DNA of 64,000 nt from Eledone cirrhosa (lineage: Eukaryota). Both the position numbers and the translations under genes were made by a program. A model generated the notes under the pieces. The model saw only the letters and a list, made by a program, of their open reading frames with translations. It searched no databases and was not told where the DNA came from. The DNA lies in the NCBI GenBank assembly GCA_964016885.1, contig OZ024740.1, positions 337,962,001-338,026,000 on the forward strand, written 5' to 3'. This document shows, piece by piece, positions 52,982 through 64,000 of the stretch (its first letter is position 1; every line of letters begins with the position of its first letter).

Positions 52982-53290
52982 GAGGCACGTGGCTTAGTAT
53001 GAAGGCACATGGCTTAGTGGTTAGAGCATTGGCCTTGCAATTCTTAGACTGGGTGTCCCTATCATTCCACTGCAAAGTGGTCGTGGAGGTGCAACAGCAA
53101 AAAAGCACCCAGCCCACACTTTAAAGTGGATATGTAGCTGCCACGGGAAAAAAGCACCCAGCACTCACTGTAAATGAGGTTGGTGTTAGGAAGGGCATCC
53201 AGCTGTAGAAATCAAGCCAGAATCAGTTCCCGTCCCACCCTTGCAAGCAGGGAAAAGTAGACGTAAAATGATGATGATGATGATGATGAT
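52982..53290 (+). mobile_element. tRNA-headed SINE with RTE family B tail
   Basis: tggcttagtggttagagca head, body shared with the family A 3'UTR, tail cccgtcccacccttgcaagcagggaaaagtagacgtaaaa(tga)n. Confidence 0.8.
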
Positions 53291-53367
53291 ATATACATAT
53301 ATATACATATATTTAATACATTAACAGAGAAAGCCTTAAGCGATACTCTGACCAACTCTATCTCACT

Positions 53368-53436
<69 letters not shown>

Positions 53437-53439
<3 letters not shown>

Positions 53440-54073
53440 TGGCTGCCAACTCGTTTTCGAGTACGGCCACTACTTTATATCCATGTAGGATAACCCCTAC
53501 CGAAGCGCTGAACGAGTGTGACTTTTTAGTCCAGCCAGCGACTTGAAACCTCTGGTACAAACACTACACCTGTGACAATCATTGACACATAGTGCTGGGC
53601 CCATGGTAGGACAATTATTGACACATAGTGCTGGGCCCATGTGAGGACAAGTGCAGAGAGATCTCCAGATATAAAGCAATGCCTGTGCCGTGAAGCTTTT
53701 ATAGTGAGCAAAGGCACTGCACAAAGCCAGTCCCACTCTCTTAACCAAGATGATATTTACCAAAAAGAAGAACAAGTCAACATCATTGGATTACCATCAG
53801 GGTTGCAGGTGTTATATCAGAGTTTTCCTTCTCCTAGAATTCTGCCTTGACAAAGGCTAAGGGGTCATCTCTCCCGGTGATTTTGGATGGCCATTGACTC
53901 TTAAGAGCTCCTTTGCCCTTTGACAGGTTTTGTTTTTAGTCCTGCAGGATGTCCAAAGTCACCCTCCTCACCAAGAAACCTTGGTGGGGTTGCCAGTTTA
54001 GTCGCCAACGACCCGACCATGAGACAGGTTGTACTGGGATACATGTTACCAGTAGCACCAACTGGTGACCTGA
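53437..54073 (-). mobile_element. Internally deleted (bipartite) RTE-derived element
   Basis: RTE-5'UTR-like ggagaaggaaaactctgat joined to C-terminal zinc-finger CSVCTRGFKSLAGLKSHTRS; internal 36-bp duplication; (TA)n both sides. Confidence 0.65.
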
Positions 54074-54074
54074 C

Positions 54075-54111
<37 letters not shown>

Positions 54112-54121
54112 TGTTGTTTAA

Positions 54122-54342
54122 CCCTTTGGCATTTACATTACTCTATATTTACTATTGTATTTTCATGGTGGAGGCTTTACCTGACATAATTATCTCACAT
54201 AATTTCGAATCTATAAGATTTTGGTGTTATTTATTTTGAGAACATTACCTTAACATCAGTATGATCAGCCAGTTACAGCCAGTTTGAAAAGAAAGAAGTG
54301 AGAGAATTCTGGCTGAATACGGCCGGTTTAAATGCTAAAGGG
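54122..54342. mobile_element. piggyBac-like MITE
   Basis: TTAA|CCCTTTGGCATTTA...TAAATGCTAAAGGG|TTAA. Confidence 0.82.
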
Positions 54343-54434
54343 TTAATCTCTTACAAAACATGATTTCACAACAAGAATTTTGCAAAACAAATACAAAATC
54401 AAAGTTACAATAAATGCTGCTGATGATAATGATA

Positions 54435-54650
54435 ATTGTTTCTACATTTGGCACAAGGCCAGCAATTTTGGGGGGAGGGGAAAGTCGATTAAATCGACCC
54501 CAGTGCATTACTGGTACTTTATTTTATCGACCCCGTAAGGATGAAAGGCAAAGTTAACCTCGGCGGGATTTGAACTCAGATCATAAAGGGCTGTAACTCT
54601 GCAAAGCATGGCGTCCGACACTCTACCGATACTGCCAATCCACTGCCCTA
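54435..54650 (-). mobile_element. tRNA-derived SINE, near full length
   Basis: Reverse complement of 43105-43327. Confidence 0.85.
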
Positions 54651-54890
54651 ATGATGATAATGATAATGGAACCGATAAGTTTATAAAGAAATTTGGTAAG
54701 TTTGAAAATTTGTTATGAAAAGCTGCCATAATTTATATAATGACTTTAAAATAATTTATATAAGTTGGGTAAATTACTCTTGGAGATGGAAAAAAGGTGT
54801 ACAGAGACATCTGCATAAACTGAATCATACATCTGGTGGATGAGTTATTTGGGTGCGTTTCTATCTATTTCTCTGTCTATCTGTCTCTCT

Positions 54891-57622
54891 CAAATAGAAA
54901 TAGGAAGGAAAGGGAGTTGGTAGATAGTGTAGAAGCGGCGATGTGGCCAGAGTGCTAGCATTGAGAACGGCCCTGGGCCAGTTCTTCGACGCGAAACACG
55001 AAGGCTGCATCGTCCGAAGCAAAATACGTGCTCTGGGAAACGAGGGGACCAAAGCTGTTAGCTGGGCCCGCGTGACAGAAGCCAACAGAGGGAGCAGATC
55101 CACTATCCGGTCTTTGCGAGACCAGAATGGACGGGTGATCCTTGAACCTAAGCAGATGTGCAAGGCTTTTCAAAAGCACTTTGCCGGATTGTTCGGAAGG
55201 GGTGGGGAGCCGGTTGGGGATGTGGACTTCAGTCCATATCTCGACGGCCTGCTGCGTCTCTCGGATAGGGAGGCGAAGTCCTGCGAGGAGCCGATTTTAG
55301 CCGCTGAGATAGAGGACGTGCTGAGCCAATGCAGCAAACGCAAATCCCCGGGTCTCGATGGTCTTCCATACGAACTATATCTAGCTATGCCAGACTTGTT
55401 CCCCGATCTTCTCGAGGCGGTCTACTGCAACTGGCAACAGAACGGGAGAATTCCCTGTGCTGCTGTGCTGTGACCAAGGGCGTAGTCACGCTAGTGAGGA
55501 AGGACGACAACAAGGGGGACGATATAAATAATTTCAGGCCCATAACTCTGCTAAATACAGAGTTACAGATTTTGGCCAAGGTGCTAGCAAAGAGGTTGGC
55601 GCTTGTCGTGGGCAACCTGGTGGGAGATGCGCAGACATGTGCTATCCCGTCCAGGTCCATCCACGACAACCTCCACCTCATGCGATACATCATAGAGAGG
55701 GTTGGGAACGAACCCGGCTTTGGTGGGGCCCTGATCAACTTGGATCAATCTAAGGCATTCGATAGGGTCGACCATGGTTACCTGGATCCGGTGCTAGCGG
55801 CGGCAGGCTTCGGACCCGTTTTCAGGGGCTGGATCAATGCCATGCACAGCAGCCGCATCTGCTCTAGGGTCAAGGTGAACGGCTACCTCTCGGAGCCGTT
55901 CGAAATCGCGCGGTCCATCCGACAGGGGTGCCCTCTCTCCTCCCTTCTGTATGTAATGACTCTAGAGCCACTGCTGCGGAAGTTGGAGTTGTTGCAGGGC
56001 ATCCCGTTGGAACCGGGATTGCGGAAAGTGGTGTCAGCCTACGCCGATGACGTAACGGTAATGGTGTCGACGGCCTCGGAAATCGGGGCGATCGGCACCT
56101 TACTGGAGGAGTACGAAAGGTTTATATGGGCTAAGCTGAACCGGGACAAGTCGATCGGTTTGCAACTCGGCACGTGGAGGGGCAGATCGATGCCCTCCGA
56201 TGGCGTCGTCGGGCGCTGGACGGAGGGCTCGGTGAAGTTGCTCGGGGTCTGGTTCGGACCAGACCTCCAGGTGGAGAAGAACTGGGGTGAGGTTACGAAC
56301 AGGGTGTTTGCACTGACCAAGAAGTGGGCCGAGTGCAAACTGTCCCTGAAAGGTCGGGCGGAGGTGGCGAACACTTATATAGCATCCGTCATCTACTACC
56401 GCCTGACCGTTGTGCCCTGCCCAAGGGAAACCCTCACCAAGATGGAGCGCGCACTCTTCCAATTCCTTTGGAAGAAGCGGGCTCCTATAGTGAGGGGATC
56501 CATCTGCTGTCAACACCCTTCGAAAGGAGGGCTGGGGATGCCGTGGCTAATGATACGTAAACACGCATTAAGGCTACGGCACCTTCAGGTATTCCTCTCC
56601 GGTCAACCGGTGTGGGCCCCGTTTGTGAGGCGAGCCTTTCCCAGACTCGTCTCACTCACCGAGCTGCAATCCTGGGTCAAGCAAAGACCGAGAAAACTGG
56701 GTGCCTGGCACACCGAGTGTGCCCAGGCGCTCACGGCTCTCTGGCAGGCAGACCCGGCTGTCAGTGGAGAATCCACCTCGTCATTCTATAGAGGGCTGGT
56801 GGTTAGCAGGTGCGACGACGCCATCGGAGAAGCCCTAGGCATGGAGGAAGACGAACTGGCAAACCTGTTCGGTAGGACATTCAGCCCGGGACCCATGGAT
56901 AACTTCCAGAGGTCCCTGGCCTGGCAATGCTACAGAAGGGCTCTGCCCGTTCGAGAAAGGCTCTACAGACACGGGCGCCCGGGTAGGGACCCCTCGAAAA
57001 AGATCTGTCCCAGATGCATGTGCGACGAGGAAACCATTGCACACGCATTGGTACACTGCTCGGGCATTGCCGATCTGTGGGGCTATGTCGAACAACTGCT
57101 GTCAAGAGTGGGACCGATCCGGTCCCACCCTGTTAATAGCCATGGCGAAAGAGGTTGTATGGTGGACGCGTCTGAAAGGACTGAGGTCAGACACCTTTCT
57201 CTCTGGCCAACAACTGGTTCGTTTCTTCCGATATCATTTCGGAAGAAGGATCAGGATGGAGAGAGAGGTGCTGCACCCCAGCCGTTTTTATGAAAGATAG
57301 GTGAAAGTGGTGAGAATGGCCCGTGTGAATGGGCCTTCACTCTACATCAGACTATAGGTGAGGAAGATGAAAGACCAAGGGAGCACCCCTTCTCTGTGCT
57401 CCCGAGGAAAAGGGTTGCACACTTTTTTTCGGGGGTGTGTGCGACCCCCCAAGGCGCCTCCTCTCTATTGAGGACTTTGTTATAAATTTTATTTTTTGTT
57501 ATATTTTATTTTATTTTTATATATTGTTATTGCCTCCTCCTTATTGAGGACGCCTTGTTTTGTAAACTCCCCCCATTGTACTTGTCCCACTTTTGATGCC
57601 CTGGTGGCAAATAAAAGAAACA
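54891..57622 (+). mobile_element. 5'-truncated Tx1/L1-like LINE, GC-rich, frameshifted
   Basis: KSPGLDG, NFRPITLLN, LDQSKAFDRV, SIRQGCPLS, YADD, KGGLG, CPRC..ETIAHALVHC; AATAAA; 13-bp TSD tatctgtctctct at 54878-54890 and 57623-57635. Confidence 0.92.
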
Positions 57623-57774
57623 TATCTGTCTCTCTGTCTGTCTGCTTACCTGTCTCCCCCTGCTCTCTCTCTCTCTCTCTATATATATGTATATACACAC
57701 ATATATATGTATATACACATATATATGTATATACACATATATATATATGTATATTCACCCACACATATATTAAA

Positions 57775-57908
57775 AAAACACAGAGTCCACGCTGTAATGT
57801 GGCCGTGTAGGTAACATGGTAAAAACCTCCCAGTCCACACTGTAAACGTGGTTGGTGTTAGGAAGGGCATCCAGCCGTAGAAAACCTGCCAGACAGTCCT
57901 ATACAAGG
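57775..57908 (+). mobile_element. RTE family C 3'UTR fragment cut off by a Penelope-like element
   Basis: Matches 44478-44608. Confidence 0.75.
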
Positions 57909-57911
57909 AGC

Positions 57912-59720
57912 CCATACAGGGGTGGTATGCCATTGTTAGACGCCTGTTGTTGGCAGTGCGTCTGCTTGGAGGGAAAGGAGACTTAAAGATCTCCTTAATG
58001 AAAGCTCCATAGACCTCATCATGTACTCTCGTTATGTAAACGATATCAATATAGTTATAAGAACACCCCCACTAGAGAGCACTAACAAGTTTGATTTAGA
58101 ACGTAGCACAATGGAAAGCATCCAGCAGATAGCTAATTCTATACACCAGAGTATAACTGTAACTATCGACTTCCCTTCCAAACACCCTAACAATAGACTA
58201 CCTGTATTAGACACAGAACTCTGGATTAACACTATAGACGAGAGAGCCCAAATTCTCCACTCACACTATGCTAAACCCATGGCCTCCAAATACCTGATAC
58301 TCAAAAACTCTGCAATGTCCAGTAGTGCTAAGTTAAATATTCTGATCGCAGATTTGGTATGAGTGATGAAGAATGTGTCCCGCATGTGCGACCCAACAGA
58401 AATGGAAAGACACATCCAACACTTCATCAACCGCATGCAGTTCTCTGGCTACAACCAAAGAGACAGAGTCAGAGTATACGAAGGAGCCATGGAAAAGTAT
58501 AAGACCCTCATAGAACTGGACATGAAAGGAATTTGCCCATTATACAGGAGCAAATCATGGAATAGCTTAGATAGGGCTAGACATAAGATAGGGAAAGCCA
58601 CCTCATGGTACGACAACCAGAGATACCAGAGTGTCATGTTTGTGGACGCCACCCCTGGAGGGAAATTAGCTAACCAGTGTAGAAAGGCCCTGAGAAAGAC
58701 CCACTTAAAAATAAAGGTGGTAGAAAAGCCAGGAACCACCATAAAATCCCTGATCAGCAAAACCTTCCCTTTTAAGAAAACCCACTGTACCAATAGGAAA
58801 TGTATCATATGTAAGGTGAACCCCCGGATAAACTGTAAAACTAGAAACGTAGTCTATAGCATAAGATGTACAGAGGGTACTTGCAGAAACATGACAACAA
58901 CATACATAGGTGAGACAGCTCGTAGCATAGGTGAAAGGATAGACCAACACTGGGGGGAACTAAAAGGACGAAAAAACGGGTCAGTACTATACGAACATGC
59001 TAGACAACAACATGACGGTAACATAGACAACATAGAAATTAGAATAATATCTAAACATAGAAATGACCCAGCAGATAGGCAAATCAGAGAGGCCAGTGAA
59101 ATAGAAATTAGAAGACCAAAGCTAAACAGAAAGAATGAATGGAATAACAACAACACCCAAACAAACAACACTGACCTAAGAGAAGTATAAATAAGTAAAT
59201 AAAATAAGATAAATAAATACATACACAAGCACAATAACAACAAGCACATAAACACACACTAGTCACCCATCACACAGCAAACATAACACTATACACACAC
59301 GCAAACGCATGCGCAAAGAAGACGAAATAAAATAAACAAACAAGCAAATAAATAAATAAATATATAGACACACTGAATAAAAATGGCATAGACATACAAC
59401 ACAACAGGAGGAAAATATAACACCACTGACGATGTTGCAGATGTGCAACGAAAGATTTATGATAAACTATATATATGTGTTTGTGTCTATATTGTATCTA
59501 TTATTTTTGACCGTCGGTCAGTCAATGGCAACATTGAGGACCGAGTAAGTTAGATTACCGATATAAAAGACAGCGAGAAGCGAAAACCAACCAAACAGTG
59601 AGTGTGTTCTGTTATTAATTCTGGCAATATTACACAAATATGACCCTCCCCAAGTAAAACAATATTTGTTTCGACACACGATTTCATATAAAAAACCTCG
59701 CAAAACTAATTCACCGCCGC
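57912..59720 (+). mobile_element. 5'-truncated Penelope-like element (non-Naiad type) with pLTR
   Basis: RYVND, LPVLD, KPMAS; in-frame TGA at 58360-58362; VVY...YIGETARSIGERIDQH; ORF ends 59190. Confidence 0.88.
59422..59463 (+). ncRNA. Minimal type I hammerhead ribozyme in pLTR
   Basis: acca-CTGACGA-t-gttgca-gatg-tgcaac-GAAA-gatt-TA-tgat; one stem I mismatch. Confidence 0.7.
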
Positions 59721-59907
59721 TATATATACATACATATATATATGCATATATATACATACATATATATATCATATATATATATATCCATGTATATATATAT
59801 ATAACATATATATATATCATATATATATTTACATATATATTTATTTATATCTATATATATACACATATATATATATACACATGTATATATATATATATAT
59901 ATATATA

Positions 59908-62346
59908 TCATCATCATCATTTTACGTCCGCTCTTCCCTGCTTGCAAGGGTGGGACGGGTCTTATTCAGCACAGCCTCTCTCCACTCGTCATGGTCCCTC
60001 GTCATCTCCACCGTGAGCTTCAACGATCTGAGGTCTGTTCTCACCACCTCCGCCCATGTTTTTTGTGGTCTACCTCTACCATGTCTTCCTTCAACTGGCA
60101 TTTCCTGGCATTTCTTCACCCATCGGTCAGCCTCCATGCGCATCACATGTCCATACCACCTCAGTCTCCTCTCCCGTACACTACATTCTATCCATCTCAG
60201 ACACAGTTTCTCTCTCAACACATTCATGCTGGGTCGTTCACGCACATTTACATTGCACATCCAATGGAACATGCTTGCCTCATTTCTCTCCAGCCGTCGC
60301 ATATCCTCTGTAGTTGCTGCCCATGTCTCACTACCATGCAGCATCGCGCTCCTCACACAGGCATCATACAACCGGCCTTTCATATGCAGGGAGAAACCCT
60401 TCTTTGGCAGCAGAGGAAGCAGCTCCCTAAACTTCTTCAAACCCATCCTTATTCTAGATACTATGGCTCGAAACCCCCCCCCCCTCCCATGCTAATCTGA
60501 TCTCCTATGTACCGGAAGCTATCCACCACTTCTATAGCACCCTCCTGCATTTGAAAAATGTGTCTATCAATGCAACATCTACTGTCTAATTTCCCTGTAC
60601 ATCTACTGCAAACATATTTCTCCCTACCTGTTAGTTTGCCTGCTATCCCGCTACATCTCTTGTGTACCCAGGATCTGCATTGTGTGCATTTTATAGAATT
60701 TATGCCAGTTCCTTTTCTGCATATCGAACATGGCCATTTTCCCTGACGGAATCAGAGTTTTGTCCTCTTTTTTACTCATCAACACTTTTGTCTTAGCTGG
60801 GTCCACTCTCAGTCCTCTTGCTTCCAACTGCTGTTTCCATAGCCAGATTTTATTCTCTAGCTCCTCTACTGATTCTGCTATAAGAACCAGATTGTCAGCA
60901 TAGAGAAGTTCCCATGGACAGCCAGTCTTAAACTCCTCTGTTATGGCTTGGAGGACTATAATGAACAAGAGCTGGCTGAGGACCAAACCTTGATGTCCTC
61001 CTTCTTGTATCTGGAATTCCTCACTAAACTCCATTCCTACCTTGACTTTACTGAGAGTACCTCTGTACAAAGTTTGCACTGTCCTCACAAGCCATTCCTC
61101 AACACCTAGTTTCCTTAGGGATCACCAGATGACAGATCGGGGTACCCTATCAAAGGCCTTCTCTAGGTCAACAAAGGCTAAGTATAGTGGCTTATTCTTC
61201 TCTAAGAACCTCTCTTGCAATTGTCTCACCAAGAAGAGGGCTTCTGTTGTACTTTTCCCAGGCAAAAACCAAACTGCATCTCATCTAGTTTGACGTTTTC
61301 TCTAATTAGTTATGCTAAAATCTTTTCTGCCACTTTCATAACCTGATCCATCAGTTTTATACACCTATAATTGTACCTCTCCAGAGCATCCCCTTTACCT
61401 TTGTAGCAATTTATGAGAATACTGCTGCACCAGTCTTTGGGTATGACACCACCATATATAGCCTGATTGATGATGCGTGCAACCAGTTTAGTGCCTACGT
61501 CCCCTGATGCCTTCAGCATCTCAGCAACTATTCCCAATGGTCCGGCAGCCTTACCATTTTTCATTTCCCTAATCGCCTCTTGGACCCTATATTCATCAAT
61601 CTCAATAGCTGGTCCCTCTGTCAGATCTACTTAGGGTAATTTCTCTCTCTCCCATTCATTCTCCACATTCATCAATCTCTCATAATGACATTTCCAGGCC
61701 TCCTTTTTCTGATCATTCATGACACTAAGTACACCGGCATAATTCCGGACACATTTATCTCCAACAACATCCTGATTTGCATTGACACACTTCCTTGCAA
61801 TGTGGTACACCGCACGCCTCTGATCTTCCTGTCGCAGAACAATGGCAAACCTCCTACTCTCAGCCTCCCTGCGTGCTAAGTACACCTGACGTCTAGCTTC
61901 TCTCTTAGCAGCTGTATATTCTTCCCTACTCCCACCCTTTTTCCAAGCCTTGCATGCTAGTCTTTTGTCTCTAATAGCCTTATCTACTGTGCTGTTCCAC
62001 CACCAGGTCACTCTCTGTCTGGTTGGAGCTCTGCTCCAGCCACAAGTTTCATCAGTAGCCTGCAGCAAGTTGTCACGTAAGAAATTCCAGTTATTATCTA
62101 TGTCATACGTCTCTAAATCGTCTTCTTTTTCGTGATATACATCTTGAAGGGCTTTCCTAAATTTGTATTTTAGTGAAAGGTCTTTTAGCTTCCAGACCCT
62201 TCTTCTCCACACCTTCCTGTATGTCTCATTCCATCTCTTGCTTACTGAGATATCGCTAACGACTAACCTATGCTGTGGGGGTACATTCTTCCCCAGGGTA
62301 TGCCTTGGTATTAGACACTATCTGCCTGTCCCGCTGCCTAACTAGT
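59908..62346 (-). mobile_element. 5'-truncated RTE LINE (family B, copy 2), several frameshifts
   Basis: Colinear with and highly similar to 50534-52950; YADN; (TA)n both sides. Confidence 0.95.
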
Positions 62347-62360
62347 ATATATATATACAC

Positions 62361-62408
<48 letters not shown>

Positions 62409-62517
62409 TTATATAAATATATATATGCTTATGTCACATCACTTAATTGAATTCTTTTTAGTAGAAAACAATAAATAAATAACAAAAAGGGAGAAAAAAA
62501 AATTGATGAATGAATAA

Positions 62518-62550
<33 letters not shown>

Positions 62551-62945
62551 ATAAGTATTAAACAAGACAATGATTAACTGGTTGTTATTGTTGTGTTGGT
62601 AGTGTAACAAATATGAATTTAGAAACACAATAATAATATATGTGATGAGGTAATTATAAGATAGAAGATAAAGTCAGCTTTCTCAATGTTTAGCACTGTC
62701 TGTTAATGTTTAGAGGAACAAAGTAATGGTTAGATTTTAACAATCAACTACTCATTTATATTGTTTAAAAGTATTACGTGTGAACTTTGGGAATTAGAGG
62801 ACATAATTGGTTAAATGAGTTTCTTCCTCTCTGAATTTTATCAATAGGTGATTCGAATGAGATGATATTTTTTGATAATGTCGAAGTAGAATTCAAAATA
62901 TAATCCACGGTGAAAGAACAATGTTTTCTAAATAACATTTTTATT

Positions 62946-63145
62946 AAGGGCGGTGTATTGGCAGTATCGGTAGAGGGTCTGACGCCATGCTTTGATACAT
63001 AGAGTTACGTCCCTTTACGGACTGAGTTCAAATCCCGCCGAGGTTAACTTTGCCTTTCATCCTTACGGGGTCGATAAAATAAAGTACCAGTAATACACTG
63101 CGTAATTCCTGGCCTTGTGCCAAAAGTAGAAACAATTATTATCAT
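62946..63145 (+). mobile_element. tRNA-derived SINE
   Basis: ggcggtgtattggcagtatcggtagag...gagttcaaatcccgccgaggttaactttgcctttcatcc. Confidence 0.87.
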
Positions 63146-63149
63146 TGTC

Positions 63150-64000
63150 AACATCAACACTATCATTATTAGTATTACTAACATCAACACAATCATTATT
63201 AGTATTACTAACATCAACACTATCATTATTAGTATTACTAACATCAACACAATCATTATTAGTATTACTAACATCAACACTATCATTATTAGTATTACTA
63301 ACATCAACACAATCATTATTAGTATTACTAACATCAACACTATCATTATTAGTATTACTAACATCAACACAATCATTATTAGTATTACTAACATCAACAC
63401 TATCATTATTAGTATTACTAACATCAACACAATCATTATTAGTATTACTAACATCAACACTATCATTATTAGTATTACTAACATCAACACAATCATTATT
63501 AGTATTACTAACATCAACACTATCATTATTAGTATTACTAACATCAACACTATCATTATTAGTATTACTAACATCAACACTATCATTATTAGTATTACTA
63601 ACATCAACACAATCATTATTAGTATTACTAACATCAACACTATCATTATTAGTATTACTAACATCAACACTATCATTATTAGTATTACTAACATCAACAC
63701 AATCATTATTAGTATTACTAACATCAACACTATCATTATTAGTATTACTAACATCAACACTATCATTATTAGTATTACTAACATCAACACAATCATTATT
63801 AGTATTACTAACATCAACACTATCATTATTAGTATTACTAACATCAACACTATCATTATTAGTATTACTAACATCAACACTATCATTATTAGTATTACTA
63901 ACATCAACACAATCATTATTAGTATTACTAACATCAACACTATCATTATTAGTATTACTATCATCAACACTATCATTATTAGTATTACTATCATCAACAC
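63150..64000. repeat. 30-bp minisatellite, at least 28 copies, running off the window
   Basis: Unit aacatcaacac(t/a)atcattattagtattact. Confidence 0.97.

Noticed and set aside
58360-58362. In-frame TGA as selenocysteine in a Penelope ORF
   Set aside because: Context DLV*VMKN fits CGA>TGA decay; the copy also has YVND; no SECIS seen
63044-64000. 318-aa hydrophobic ORF
   Set aside because: Product of a stop-free 30-bp satellite running into a SINE

Overview
AT-rich, repeat-dominated animal DNA with many (TA)n, (CA)n and (GAT)n microsatellites. The repeat repertoire points to an octopod cephalopod (inference). No intact host gene can be identified; scattered minus-strand exon-like segments may be a decayed gene. 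The window is a mosaic of mobile elements: several RTE LINE families (with a C4HC3 PHD finger inserted inside the RT), a GC-rich Tx1/L1-like LINE with a 13-bp TSD, an uninterrupted Penelope-like RT+GIY-YIG ORF (Naiad-like), four more Penelope-like pieces, tRNA-derived SINEs, Helitron, hAT, piggyBac-like and mariner elements, three foldback hairpins and two SINE-born minisatellites. The strongest novelty candidates are: (i) hammerhead ribozymes in Penelope-like termini, two of which share an unusually large, branched stem II despite unrelated sequence; (ii) the PHD-in-RT architecture; (iii) trains of unrelated elements each bounded by (TA)n; (iv) LINE/SINE 3'-tail swapping. All alignments and folds were done by eye, and boundaries of degenerate elements are approximate.
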